NCBI GenBank assembly: GCA_965645245.1
Contig: OZ287072.1
Coordinates: 434,001-498,000 of the forward strand
DNA from: Massalongia carnosa
Lineage: Eukaryota
Direction of reading: 5' to 3'
Length of the DNA: 64,000 bases
Shown in pieces: positions 48,051-61,182 of the stretch. Position 1 is the stretch's first letter, and each line of letters starts with the position of its first letter. The notes beneath the pieces are model-generated. The model was not told where the DNA came from, did no database searches, and saw only the letters and a program-made list of their open reading frames with translations. The position numbers and the translations under genes were made by a program.

Positions 48051-49400
48051 TGCTAAATAATTGCCTTCTTGCCATTATTAATCTTCATCATCCTTGCCAC
48101 AATAATACAGAGTGAAAGCTTCCAACTTTAAATATCTAGGTTGAAGATCAAAAATGGCAATCAACTATTGGACTTTTCTTGTGCGCGAGAAAAAAATCGG
48201 TAGATCAAAGGAGGAGACAAATGGCAATGGTAATATAGAATATGAGATTCAATTACTAGGCCTTCTGCCAGGTTGGTTTCTTTCAGTCCTTGAATTCTGC
48301 TTTTTCTCTAGTAACCATTTCTTGTAGGAACTAATGTTATGGAGCCTCCAATTTGGAATGCCGTAGACTACGAGCTCATTGGCCTGTGCGTTATGAGCGT
48401 CAACTTTGGGGCATAAACTGTGACATCGCGGTCATGGAATCTATGGACCCAGACCCAATTCTGAGAGTGGAGATTGTCGCGTTACTATTAGGGGCAGCTA
48501 AGGATTTCTCTGTGTCAAAAGGGCTGCGCCATTTTTTCCTGCGACGACAAGAAGAATCAGTTGAAGGAATTTTCAGATTAGCTGGCTTTGATGACTATAA
48601 ATGTGGTGTTAGTGGAAACGGTGGAGGCCTATGTGGTGATGCTTTGAGATGGACAGAGAGTGATGATGAGGTATTAGGAACGAGGAAAATCCGGACCACA
48701 TCGTAACAGCTCCCATCTCATCGCCGACATGGGTTGCGAACTTACCCTACCGCCCAGCCGCATCGAAATCTAACGCTGACCATCACATATCGGTAATTGC
48801 GTTGGAATTCATTCAGACAGAAACTGCAGATCGAAACCTTGCATCAACAGCTGTAAACTTGCCTTATTGTTTAGACACATCGAAAGGCAACCAAGACCGT
48901 CAATCCTCAAAAACAAGCCCAAAAGCTAAGACAGAGGTCAAAAATTGGCGTACTGCTGCAACAGGAATTCTACACTTACCTTATCGCCCAGCGCTACTAC
49001 AGCACAAGGCAGAGCGCCCCGCTTCAGCAGTTACATCTAAACCCGGTCAAACAGAACTCGCAAATCGGCACCTTACATCACCAATAATAAGAGCAACCAA
49101 AGCTCCGAATGAATTCGCCAATAAGGAAATGGAGCAGGAAAGAAAACTCGCAAAGCAAAAACTCTCGGATGATATTGATGGACTGCTGGAGAAAGAAAGA
49201 GCTAAGGCTGAAATGTCCCTATTTGTCGCGAAAAGAAAGCAAGCCATGACCAATTCGAAGGCAGACTCTCAAGGGTTTTAGAAGCCAAAGCGTAGACAGA
49301 ATGATAGTTCTTCGCTGGGCGAAGAGGCAAATGTTAAGACAAGGGCTAGAACTCCTACTTAACGCGGAACACGGGAACGGGGCAACCGACGAAACATCGG

Positions 49401-49448
49401 AATGAGGAGAGCTAGGCTAATGACAATGAGGAGAGCTAGGCTAATGAC
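49401..49448. repeat. Exact 24-bp tandem duplication AATGAGGAGAGCTAGGCTAATGAC
   Basis: Two adjacent identical copies. Confidence 0.9.
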
Positions 49449-49946
49449 AATGAAAGATCCAAGAACAGGTTTGGTCCAATGAATGGCAACTAGAAGCAAC
49501 CAGCTGGTCGGATCTCAAGAAAAGGAAAAGTAGACGGCCGCCAGCCAAAATGTTCGTTTTAGATCTCCTAGTTGACATTGCCAACTAGGATTGTGCCCGC
49601 CAGGGGGATCGAGGAAGGAGTGCTCATGTATAATAGGGTACCCAACAGCGACAATGAATAATATAGTGGTACTGCTTTTTCCGCCTTTTGCATTGTAGAA
49701 AATATGAATACGATACGCCAATGGATCGAGTTTACGTGTGGGTATGAGCGAAAATGGCAATCAGAAAATTGGGAAAGTAGATATCGAAGTGAATCAGTAC
49801 CTGATATGCAACCTAACTTTTCTGGTTTAGAGATTGACCGCATGAACCATTGTATTTCATGCTAAAGGTTGCGGCGCCCGCATCAAAACATCTTAAGCAG
49901 CGTCCCCAATGGACTTATTGGGTCAGCAACAAAGTTGTAGGCCAGC

Positions 49947-50636
49947 TCACATCTGCATCATATTCCTCGTAAATTCTGTTTTCGAGTGTACGCACAACGC
50001 AATGCCTCCCAGGACGAACGCCATCCCAATCCAGGTATCTAAGTCCATGTTTTCGATTAGCATCTAGCATTTCTTTCTTTACCGGTAAGAGAGAATGCTA
50101 AGTGATAGGTACCTCTTGAAATCGCCTTTCCCTCCGCACACCACTCTCCCAAGACCGTGAATATAAAAGCTAGTGAGTTCGTGATTGGCACAGCTAGGCT
50201 CAACTCTGTGAGACTGTCAACAGATGTCCCTTCTCATGTGATCCCCCCTTTCCGTTCCGCAACATTCTAATGCTTTCATAGAAACAACGAGTTCAAAATA
50301 TTTTGTGTTTGAGCTATCACAACAAGAAAGCTTACCAGCTTTGCCCACTAGTAAGAAGAACCATATACTCCCGGTCAAATTTATTAGCAAGGGTAGGGCA
50401 TAGGCTGGAGTTCTTAGTAGATCCAGCACCATGAAAGTCGCTTTCAAGATCTGGTTCTTTAGCCAGCTATTGGCAGGGTTGTTGAGTGAGGTATGTGGTT
50501 TAGTAGAGAATTTGACAGCGGCTCGGCGGATGAATGGTGTAGTAAGGCCCCAGGCTGAACCAACCAGGACGAACCCCAGGGTGGATTGAAACAGACAGGG
50601 AGGGACAGCTGGCTGAGCAAGGGTGGAGGAGTCCAT
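49947..50636 (-). CDS. TMEM234-family small membrane protein (DMT superfamily), 3 exons
   Basis: LVGSAWGLTTPFIRRA, YALPLLINLTGSIWFFLLVG, ELSLAVPITNSLAFIFTVLGEW, TWIGMAFVLGGIALC. Confidence 0.88.
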
Positions 50637-51306
50637 GAGGTTTCCGTTAGAAGCGGGAAAAAATGTTGGGGTCTCCGAGGAAGCAAGTAGTTAACAATCA
50701 AGTGAAGTCGTGGTTTGCGAAGGAATCATCAAAAGTCCTTGCCCATTCTATCGCTAAATCTGATTTGACCAAGGGGCACAGACTTCTGGAGGGTAAATTA
50801 GGTACTGTAGGTAACTGCGTGTTTGTCATTGAACAGCTTCGATTCTTCAGAATATCCGTCTTGGATGGACAAGGCCCGTCACTTCATCTTCTTTGAGATC
50901 ACCCAGAACAATTATTCTACGCACCATACTCCGTGAAGTCACCGGCCCCTTGTTCTTCTTCGACTCACAGGCAACCACTACACACCCTTTGCTTAGCAGC
51001 AACGTTCCAAGGCACTGGCAGATCGACCTTGGGGGCCTAAGTTTTGGGGTCGGATCGACGTTTACATTGTGACGTATCCAATGGAAGAGACATCCACTCA
51101 TTAGGGAACTGACAGATGTGCACCTTGCTGCAACCTGAATGCTATTCAAGGTCCTGTCGATCATAGCAAACACCTAACATACAAAGCCCCATTTTGCTAG
51201 CAATCGCTTGGAGGGGTCAGAGCTCACGTCTTGCTGTCCTATTTCTTATCTCCCATTGCCATTCATTCGTGCCATTTGATCAGAATTCAGGTCACCTTGT
51301 CGCAAA

Positions 51307-54300
51307 ATGGACATCAATTCACTTCTTTCCCCTCAAGAGCTGCCCCGCAAATCACCATTACTATCAACCAAAGCACCTGCAAAGAAGCCCAGAAAGTCAC
51401 GGACTCCCAGACAAAGTAGCACGATACGTTCGGCGACGCTCTCTACTCCCACTCTGCCTCCGTCCTCACTCCCATTCAATGCTTCCGTCCATATTCAACA
51501 CACAATAACCTCGCCGCTTATAGCAAGTCCCTCATCTGCGCTTGGAGCGGGTACAAGTGATACACCACCTGCCGAGGGGCTCCGAGCAACGAGGCAACCG
51601 TCAACGCCAGGCATGGACACGCTGGCAGACCTTGCCTCGATGCAGCATCATCAGCAAACGGCACGGACAAACGCAGGCGGGTTACGGAGTGCTGAGATCT
51701 ACGAGCATCAGAATTCATCGGCTTCAGTATTGTCCAACGCTCCCGCCCTGTCCAGACCCCAACCCGCGGTGCGAGGCGCGGTAGATCTTAGTATGGCTGA
51801 CGCTCCAAACCGGACACCTCCACCTCGCCGTTACTCGGCGAACTCGCTGTCTGAAGCGGAGATTAAAAAGGTAGCGGAACTAATCACCTATCTCGCGACT
51901 AATCCGTTCGCCTACGAATCTCATGTTCAGCTGGTGAAGCTCCTCCATCAAGGTCTTGTTTCACATATGCATGCACATTCATCTTCTACAAGTCCCGGTG
52001 ACCCCCATGACTATGATTTGCTTCAGGATCTCCAAAGTGCACGGGAAGCCATGAATACGACATTTGCGATGGGCGAAGATTTGTGGGTGGAATGGATAGA
52101 GGACCAGAAAATACTTGCAGTTACTCTGGAAGACAAAATCTCCGTGATTGAGTCATGTGAGAAAGCCGTCCAAGAAGAAACAGGGAGCATAAGGTTGTGG
52201 ACGTTGTATGCGGAGTGGATGTTATCACTGTACAAAACTGCGAATCCAGACGATAAGAGGTTTCAGGGTGTCGGGGAACCCTTGAATGAAGCCCAAGGAT
52301 GGTCAGAGGATGATAAAGTAGTAGCACGGGAAGTATGTAGTAAGCAGCAGATGTTGGAGGTCTGGAGACGCGGGGCGCAGGATACTAAATGGCGGATCAA
52401 TGATAGCCATATATTGTGGGATCAATACGCCCAGCTCTTGATAGAAGATCTTACGAATCTTCTGATTGAAAGTGGCATCGGCGTCGTCAGATCCCACTTC
52501 ATGGATCGGCTCCGGATACCACATGCAACATGGGATCAGACCTTTCAAAACTTTTCTAGTTTTATCTCGCGGTTTTGTAATATATCGTATGAAGATATGA
52601 TGGTCACTGCAAATAGGCAAGGTTTGGTTGCGAGGAGTCAGTATAGCCTGCGTGAGAGCTTGGAATCTGATTTGCAGCGCGCACGGGATAGCGATGACAA
52701 GGGAACTGAATGGAGATTGTTCAATGAATACATTGATTGGGAGATGTCTCAAAGTCGGAAAAAAAACGCATTCAGCTTCGAGCTTGTTCATACCCTCTAC
52801 CAGAGAGCTACACTCCGCTTCCCAACCGACACAAACTTCTGGGAGGGCTTTGTCATGTTTCTTATTGACGAAACTGCTATCTATGGACGGAATGACGTCT
52901 CGGTGCTGGCGGTTTTAGAACGAGCAACGGGTCATTGTCCTTGGTCAGGAACACTCTGGTCGCAACACATACTAGCTGCAGAAAGAGACAGTCGACCGTC
53001 TCCCGATATTCACCACATCAAACATAAAGCCACGAGTACTGGTCTTCTTGATGCTGGAGACATGGCCGAAATCTTAAAAGTACACACTGCATGGTGTGGT
53101 TTCTTGAGACGTCGAGCGTTCGATCACAATTCTACGGACGAGGATATAGATGTGGCAGAAGTGGGGATTCGTTCCGCGATTGAAGACATGGAGACAGTTG
53201 GACGTTCAAAGTACGGCGATGATTATCAAGGAGATGCAGAATATCGTCTGGAGCGAATCTATATCAAATATCTAAGCCAAAGCGGGAAACTGCAAGATGC
53301 AAGAGATGCCTGGAAAGCCTTGATTACAAAGCGAGGGGACAGTTATGATTTTTGGATTTGCTATTATCTCTGGGAAATGGGTGTTTGGGGCAATTCAGGC
53401 TACGGCGAAAGCAATCTTAATGGTTCGCAAGGGTCGAAGCCGATGGAATCCACAAGAGTCCTTCGGCTAGCGATGAATAGACCAAAGCTGGATTGGCCTG
53501 AGAAGATCATTGAGGTATTTCAATATCACTGTGAAGATCATGAAAGCGTTGAAGAGCTTCAGTCTGCAGTTCTTCAAATATGGAAGACGAAACACATTGT
53601 AAAAAGAAGGAGAGAGAAGGAGGCACTCGAAGCATACACGTTAAGTCAGGCGCAAGGGTTACAGCAGCAACAAATTTTGCAAGGAGCACTCACATCCGAG
53701 AAGGCTAAAAATATTGGCAAACGTAAGCGGGAAGACGAGGGCGATAGGCCACAAACTGCGACTAAGAAAAGTCGACCACACGACAATGGTATAGATCCCG
53801 ACCCGGCTCAACAGTCTCTCTTGGCTCCTACTTCCCTCAAGCGCGACCGTGAAAACTCGACAGTAATTGTCAAGAATTTACCTTTTGAGGCCACGGAAAT
53901 TCGCGTGAGGCAATATTTTAGAGATGTAAGCCCTCCTCTTTTCAAGCTGCTGAGGCAGCGATCTGATTGTTCGATAGTGCGGCACTATCAATACCTTGAA
54001 ACTTCTGCCTAGCGACGACGGAGACTCTACGACTGCAACCATCGAGTTTGACTCAAAGGAAGATGTTCTTACTGCATTGACGAAAGATTTGAAGATCTTT
54101 GATGGAAGACCAATCGAGGTTCAGGTCGAGTCGGGATCAACGCTGTTTGTCACAAACTTCCCTCCCACAGCTGACGCCGAGTTTCTTCGTGAGAAATTTG
54201 TAAAGGTTGGCAACTCATACCTTACTTGCTTTTCCGTCCCTGACGGTTTCATAGTTTGGGGAAGTCATAGACATACGCTTTCCTTCCCTTAAGAAGAACA

Positions 54301-55434
54301 CTCACCGACGGTTCTGTTATGTTCAGTTCAAGTCTTCAAGCCAAGCGCAAGCTGCAATTGCTCTAGACGGGGAAATACTGGAGGATCTCAAACTTTCCGT
54401 CAAAATATCAAACCCAGCACAAAAGCAACATAGAACTGGGGCCATATACGAAGGTCGTGAAATTTATCTTGCCAACCTTGCCTGGAGCATCACTGAAGAT
54501 GAGCTCAGCCAGATTTTTTCTAAATATGGCAAGGTTGAAAAGGTTCGCATACCGATAGATGCTGGTGGGAAGAGTAAAGGGTTTGGGTATGTTGTATTTT
54601 CAAACGAAGTAAGCTGCCGCTCTTGAAAGTAGTTGTCCGCCTTAATATTAACTGGTAATCTAGGGAGATGCAACAGCCGCGCTCGACATGAATCTGACAA
54701 AGGTGAAAAATCGCCTTTTGAATGTTTCTCTTGCAGCCAGCAGTACTGCAAAACGCCAAACCACAACTATCATTACGGCCGCGCCGCGTCTCTCCCACTC
54801 CCCAACACCCAAGGTCCCCAGCACAAATGGAGATGCTGATCAGACCGGCTCACCGACATACCCAACCTATACCGCTCACCGACTATCCTCAGACGAGATT
54901 CATTCTCGCACAATCGCCCTTCTCCACATCCCCGATACTGTGAACGACACGCGAATAAGAGCTCTCGCCGAACCTTACGGCGCCCTCGTCAAGGTTGTGC
55001 TTCGTCATGACCATCAAGGCGCCATTATTGAATACAAAGATGTAGCAAGCGCAGGTAGGGCTGCCCTGGGAATAGATGGTCACGAGATAATTCCTGGTCG
55101 CAAGCTCACGGTTGGGAGTGTGAGAGAAATGCTGTTGCACAGGGAAGAGATGAGAAGTGATAAGATCGGTGCTCGAAGCTCGAATGCTCAAAAAGAGAGT
55201 AACAAGACTTTTCAAGGTAGCGCGCCCATTAAAAGACCTGTCCAGCCTGGTGCTGGTGGGAGACGAGGCGGACGGGGTGGTTTGGGGGTAAAAAGGGCGG
55301 GAGCGGGATTGACCGGACTGAGAGGCCCTACGGACAGAGCGGGAAAAGTAGTGGAAACGGGTGACAGCAATGCTACTGATGGAAAAGCAAAAAGCAACGC
55401 TGATTTCAAAGCCATGTTCTTGAAGAAATCATAG
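51307..55434 (+). CDS. PRP24: U4/U6 snRNP recycling factor Prp24/SART3 (HAT repeats, RRMs, Lsm-interaction motif), 4 exons
   Basis: HAT-repeat region (RATGHCPWSGTLW), RRMs (TVIVKNLP, TLFVTNFPP, RRFCYVQF, IYLANL...KGFGYV) and C-terminal KSNADFKAMFL. Confidence 0.95.
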
Positions 55435-56605
55435 GCTTCAAATTTTCACCTCAGCTAGTTCCCAAACATGGACTCCTTATTTCCCAACATCCGTTTCGAA
55501 TATGTATACTCATACACGCAACATTCCTGGACATTAGGCATCCATTCCCTTTCTCCAGCATCACCGTTTCGACAATAAAGCAGCTTCATAAATACACACA
55601 GTACTTTACGAATACAGCATTAGAGTCGCGGATTTTGCTACCCAGGGGTTGCCATTTTTTTTAAAATTTTAATTTATAGATTGTGGGATTTGGGGGGAGG
55701 GGAGGGGAAGGGGGGTTCGTGGAAACGTTTTTCAAAACGCGAAAAAGGACTGCATCCTGAGCTGGATGCTTTTCTTTCCCTTTTCCTCATGGCTCTGACG
55801 ATCGAGGTGTGTGCTCACGTTGGCATTACACCTTGTGTATTGTATCTATGTGTATATGTATTAGCTTGGGCGGTTAGGTTTTCGAATACTCTCTGCCTGC
55901 CTGCCTGCCTGCCTGCCTACTTTCCTTGCCCGCCCGGTCCTCTCTGTTGGTTAGGTAATTACCGTACCTAAAGGTAGAAGAGTTGCGGGAAGGAGGGAGG
56001 GGGAAAGGGGGAAGGGGAAAGGGGAAACATTAAAAAAAAAAAGATTAAAAAAAAAGATTGGATGAACAAACGAGTGGAAGACTGGGCTGGCTGGCTGGCT
56101 ACTGATGTACGTGATATGACATACCTTCTCTCAAAGCAGAACGAGCAAGCAACGATGTTCCTTCCTGAACAGACAATAGCTTGGACGGTTTCTCCCTTCT
56201 CGAGCTACGGCGTCGTCTAGTTATGTAGATGTATATAATACATTACCTCCCTAGGTAGATAGTTATTAGGTGGTAGTCATATCTCCATTTTCGTTTTCTT
56301 GCTGGCTTGGTTGTATTGTATTGTACCAACTGGCTGAATAACTGATTGATTTGGTTGGTTGGTTAATTGGCTGTCTGACCGGTAAAAAAGAAAAACACTA
56401 TGAGAGACAGACAGAACGACAAACGAACAGATAAGTCGGTAGAATACATACATACGAGATGCCTAAATATGGCTGAGTGGGAGAAGGGAAAACCCCCCCC
56501 TCCCCTTCCTTCCCCTCCCCTCCCGCCCCCTCCCTTCCCGCATACCGCCATGCCCACCATAAGGATCATTCACAGTTCCCACCCCGCTATAAACGCAGCC
56601 CCCAA

Positions 56606-57549
56606 CTAAGCCCTCCACCCTGGAACACCGTCCCCCCCCTCCGTACCTTTCATCTCCGGCCCCGGTCCCGGACAGTTCGGATCCTCGAGCCCGCTGGCGC
56701 GACAGTCGGTCGCGTAGCCCTCGACTTCATCGTCGCGGCAGCACCACGTACAGCATTGGCCGCGGCTGGGGAAGCAAAGGATGCGAGCTGTGGAGTTGAG
56801 GAGGAAGGGGTTGGTTAGAATCGAAATAGGCGGTTTCGTGTTTTGGGGGGTGGGATGGTTGAGAGATAGGAGAAATGGAAGAGGGGAACTGGAAAGGGGG
56901 AAACGAGGGAGACGAGACTTACATAGCCGAATCCATCTCCAAACTGGCACGTTCCCTAATCACATTATCTCAGTCCCTTCTAAACCCTTAAACCACCCAT
57001 TCTCCTCGCATCTCCCCGCTCATGCGTTTAACAACGAGGCTCCGAGAACTTTCTCAGTGAAAGCCCAATAAGAATTTTCGTCAACCCAACGAGTAGCACA
57101 GATCAACGAAAATTGAAGAAATAAAGACCGTGGGACATACCATATACCCCCCCTCTACTAAACTGCCGCAAGCGCAATAATTGTCCGAGCGTTTGCTATC
57201 CGGGTATGGTTCTTCGAGGGAGGAATCTGTGTCTGTAGGGCTGAGGGTTGGGGGAAGGAAGGTTGGTTCGGTTGAAGTGGATGTTACAGAGAGAATTTGG
57301 CAGGTTAGGGCCAGAGTGATGGTAGAGGCGGGGAGGATTGAAGCAGTTGTTGCAGTAGCTGAGAGTGGTGAAGCAGTTATTGCAGTGATGGGCGAGGAGA
57401 TTGTGTCGTTTTCTGGGATATCTCTTCTTAAGATGTATGGCGGGACGGGGGGGAGAGGGACAGGAGAGGTCGAGAAGGAGAGTTTCAGCGCTGAGGCGCG
57501 AAGGAGAGAAAGAAGGAAAAGGAGGAAGAAAGAGTGGTGTGGATGACAT
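56606..57549 (-). pseudogene. Probable decayed gene for a secreted Ser/Thr-rich, Cys-rich protein
   Basis: One frame reads SFFLLFLLSLLRASA (signal-like), an S/T/P-rich stalk and YCACG, then a GTATGT donor. The last exon reads CFPSRGQCCTWCC...DC...NC. The ATG at 57549 is one base out of frame and the exon phases do not join cleanly. Confidence 0.45.
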
Positions 57550-58679
57550 GGTTTTACAAGGTTTGAGGTGCTTTAGGGGTGATGATTGGAGAAGAATAGA
57601 CATGGGGATTACCTGTGGATTCTTTTATATAATCCCAGGGGGGGTTGTTCCTTGCTGGCGGAAGGTTTCCTCCTATATACCCGGACGGATTGGAGCCCTG
57701 CCTCTGTCTCTCTAGTCGGCGGAAAAGGAAAGAAAATGGGTTGCATAAACGAGATTGTTTCCTGCTGTTTAGTCGTGCCGTATCATCATCTCTACATAAA
57801 ATTCTGTCAATACGAACCCACTCGGTAAGGAGTTTCGAGGACGTAATATCATGATTTATGCGTTGGCTTCTGCAGTTACAGAGTACTAGTTACCCATCTA
57901 GCATGTACCCAGCTATCTTTTATTCAGTCACTCGCTCAGCTCTCCAGTAACTGTAAGATAAAGCTGGAGGAACGTTGATCGTGAAATTTGGATTGCGCTG
58001 GACTGATCGTGAAATAGTTGGTTGAGCAAGTAATTAAATAATTTAGTGGCTGGAAAGTGGGATAACCTGAGTAATAACCGAAGAGGCAGTAAGATAGAGA
58101 ACAGGTTGTGCTTGAAAGAAAATAGGATATGCTAGTTAAGCAGTAGAGACAACAGCGTCTAAGCTCACATCTCCTAGTCAAGTTTGTTTATTTTTTCTTC
58201 TTCTCTTATCAATCGTTCACTGATCCTTTGTTGATCATACTTTGTAGTTGTATTTAATTGAGCATCTTAGAAAGGTGAACTGTGCTCAAGAAAAGACACG
58301 ACTTCAAGAAGTGCTTCCTATAGCTGCACCCGAATGGGAGGATGCCTCTATTACTTTGGTGAGGTTACCCAATCAAGAAGGCGCATAACTAGGTCAGTTT
58401 AGCGGAAATGCAGCACAAAAAACCAACTCCTGTCCTGTATTAATGAAGGCGAAGACGAAATTCTTTCCCCGATCTTGACTATTAATATCCATGCCCTCAA
58501 TTCTTCACAACACGCGACCATCCTCAAAAATTCTCATGCAGACCTGTTCAGGGCATAGTTATCGCCAGCTCGACCAACTACTAGGTAGAATCAGCTGGGG
58601 GCGAAGACTTGCCGTAACTGGATAGATACAGGCACTCATTGCGGCATAAGGGACCTGAAATTGGATTAATAGCGATGTT

Positions 58680-59482
58680 TTGCTTCGATAAGGAGGAGAA
58701 ACTCATGGCATTCAATTAACTTACCAAGAGGCCAACAACGTGTATGCTCCAGACACGTTGAAGGAGAGCATTGAGCGGTTCTATGTGATCGACAAAGAAC
58801 CTAGTGTCGGCACTGGAAATAGCGCCGTCTATGACTGCCGGATTGAAGAGAGTACCATACGGTTTAGCACCATTGATGTACTTAATAAGGGACGCTTTCA
58901 TGATTGCCTTCGCGTGATCCCGGATCAACTCGAGCTGAATGCCTTGGGCATCTCCTAGTGCAGTCAAGCCTGATTCATAATACCTATGTGATAATGCACT
59001 TACTTCCACTCGATCTTGCAGCAGGCTGCGGGATGAGAGCTCATGACTCCAAAGATATTGTCATATTTTCGTCGAAGCGATCTCAAAAGATCAATTGCAA
59101 GCCCACGTTCTCGATGGTTACGATCGACGACCAACTGGGTGATCCAAAAAACCATTCTCTCGCTTTACTTCCAACGACAGGCAAAAGCATTCCCAGCTAA
59201 ATGGCCATCGACAACGACGCTCACGTAAAAGCAGTTTGCACTAAGTGGAAGGCACTATGCACGAAGGCGCTCCATACTTAGTCTCACACAATTCCCTAAA
59301 CCTATTACTAGGTGTTATGCAGACTGTAGGAATCACTAACCTTGCTTGGCGAAAGGCCCGACCACCTTTGCACCCTCCTTACCCCAGATGCCATAGTTGT
59401 TGCTGAAGAGCTGGGCTGCTTCCTGTAAGATCTCATCCGTTATGTAATCCCTTTCGTACGTTCGGAATTCTTGCACTTGCAT
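58680..59482 (-). pseudogene. GNAT-like acetyltransferase pseudogene
   Basis: AAQLFSNNYGIWG, LAGNAFACRW, WITQLVVDRNHRERGLA (acetyl-CoA-binding motif A), SSHPAAC, FFVDH. In-frame TAG at 59255 and TAA at 59165, plus a 3' frameshift. Confidence 0.75.
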
Positions 59483-60888
59483 CTCTAGATGGGTTCTTCC
59501 AAGGAAATAGTGCTTCAAAGTGCCTTCTTTCGGAACGTGGTGAGAAAGAGATGGCTTCGGTGCAGTTTTGCTTTAAGGGAGAATTTTGGAAGTTGATGCT
59601 AGTCAACGTTGAAATAGCTCTGAATGCGTTTTCTTTATCGAACCGTGACTCACTCCGATTTACGGTTGGAACCTTAGATAACAAGCCTTCACCCTAAAAA
59701 CCAAGCGTCTAACCTTCTTGCCATGAAGAAGAGTGAGGCTATAGACAGAAATAAAAAGAGAGAATTTGATTCTGAGAGTGAAGAATGAAGCTGATTAGGT
59801 TTTGCTTTAGTGATCTTCCACAAGCCCAGCCATTGCGCTGCTGTTCAACAACCAGTTTACTAAAGTAAACTGGAGAAACAATGGAGAAATGTAATCGTCT
59901 TAGAAAATTCATATTGTAAAGTTAACATGAATTTTTTCCCCCCTGTAGAGTTGACTCAATTACAGCTTTTAAAGGCTCTTCTCTTCATATTATTCATATT
60001 TCTGATATAGAGTTACCTATTAGGGCGAAATTTGGGAGGCTTAACTAGGCAAGCGTTAAGTTAAGATATCTAACCACATTTAGCCCCTGTAGACATCCAG
60101 TTATGATGAACAGCAATCCAACGAGGTTTGAGTTGACAAATTAAGAGTATTATCACTACGAAGACATTACTAAAAGTCCAGCGCTATAATTGGAGAATCT
60201 TGCCAAGGATGATGTATCCAGAGGTGGGAATTCTAGATTGGGGAGTTTTCTCCAAAAAAAAGGGGGGGTGGTGGGGAGGTTGGTGAGAATCAATGGGTAA
60301 CATTATCTAAGAGTTTAAGTTAAATGAATGTTGAGATGATAACTACCCCTAGCCTTAGTAGCGAATAGACAGGATGAGGTGAAGTAGAAGGAGGTCCTCA
60401 TCCCAAAAAAAGAGACAAATAAATAAACGCTATATGAGCGTTGATTGGTACGAAAACGAGCGATGGTTGTTGCTGCCGTGTAACCAGTTCACTCATTAAG
60501 AATTTAGGATTCGGCCGCCTTGCCTTGCGGCCGATTGCATATGTATGGAAGCTACTAACGCATAATGCATACAAAGAGCGGATGGTATTTTCAACATCTC
60601 TCCTACACGAAAAGGCTCTATTTGGGGTCTGCAGGGCTGCAGCCTTCGAAGACGGTAGTACCTTTGGTATTTCCCGTTGACGGTACTGACTCCTACATTA
60701 CACCAGGTGTTAGGATTAGCAGGAATCGAGCCAAAAAACGAACTGAAACAATAGCAAACTCCAGAGCAGGATAAATGAGGAGTCCTTACAACTCCAAGGC
60801 AACACAAGGCAAGCGGGTGACCGGGATCTGTGCAGCTTCCCTCAGAGCTGGCAGGACCGGCTATGTCATGGTCAGCGCCATTGCGATT

Positions 60889-61182
60889 TCACCCCTCGCG
60901 CGACTTGCCATCTAGGCACGTGCTGGACGGAGTACCAGCCGCACCGACTCCACCGTCCTGGGGTTTGCAGCAAATGAGAGATTCGTTGGTTCTAGTGTCC
61001 GTGCCGCCGACAGATACAGGTGGAGCATTGACGATGCCGAGGCCGGTGGCGGTTGGGGTATTGGCTGAGTTAACAGCGACGGCTGGACGGCATGTGTAGG
61101 TTGCAGGCGAAGCGGCAGGGCTTGGGGCACCAAAAGCCAAGATGGCGGTATCGATGAGGAGGACGAGAGTGGAGGGCCGCAT
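60889..61182 (-). CDS. Small secreted cysteine-containing protein (97 aa), or a relic of one
   Basis: MRPSTLVLLIDTAILAFGAP signal-like start, four Cys (C...CC...C), and a TATAAAA about 135 bp upstream on the minus strand. Confidence 0.5.
   Translation of the reverse strand: MRPSTLVLLIDTAILAFGAPSPAASPATYTCRPAVAVNSANTPTATGLGIVNAPPVSVGGTDTRTNESLICCKPQDGGVGAAGTPSSTCLDGKSREG

Noticed and set aside
26075..55434. Functional cluster of RNA-processing genes (HAS1, U1-C, Air1/2, PRP24)
   Set aside because: They are interspersed with unrelated genes over 30 kb and share no evident regulatory element. Chance synteny is sufficient.
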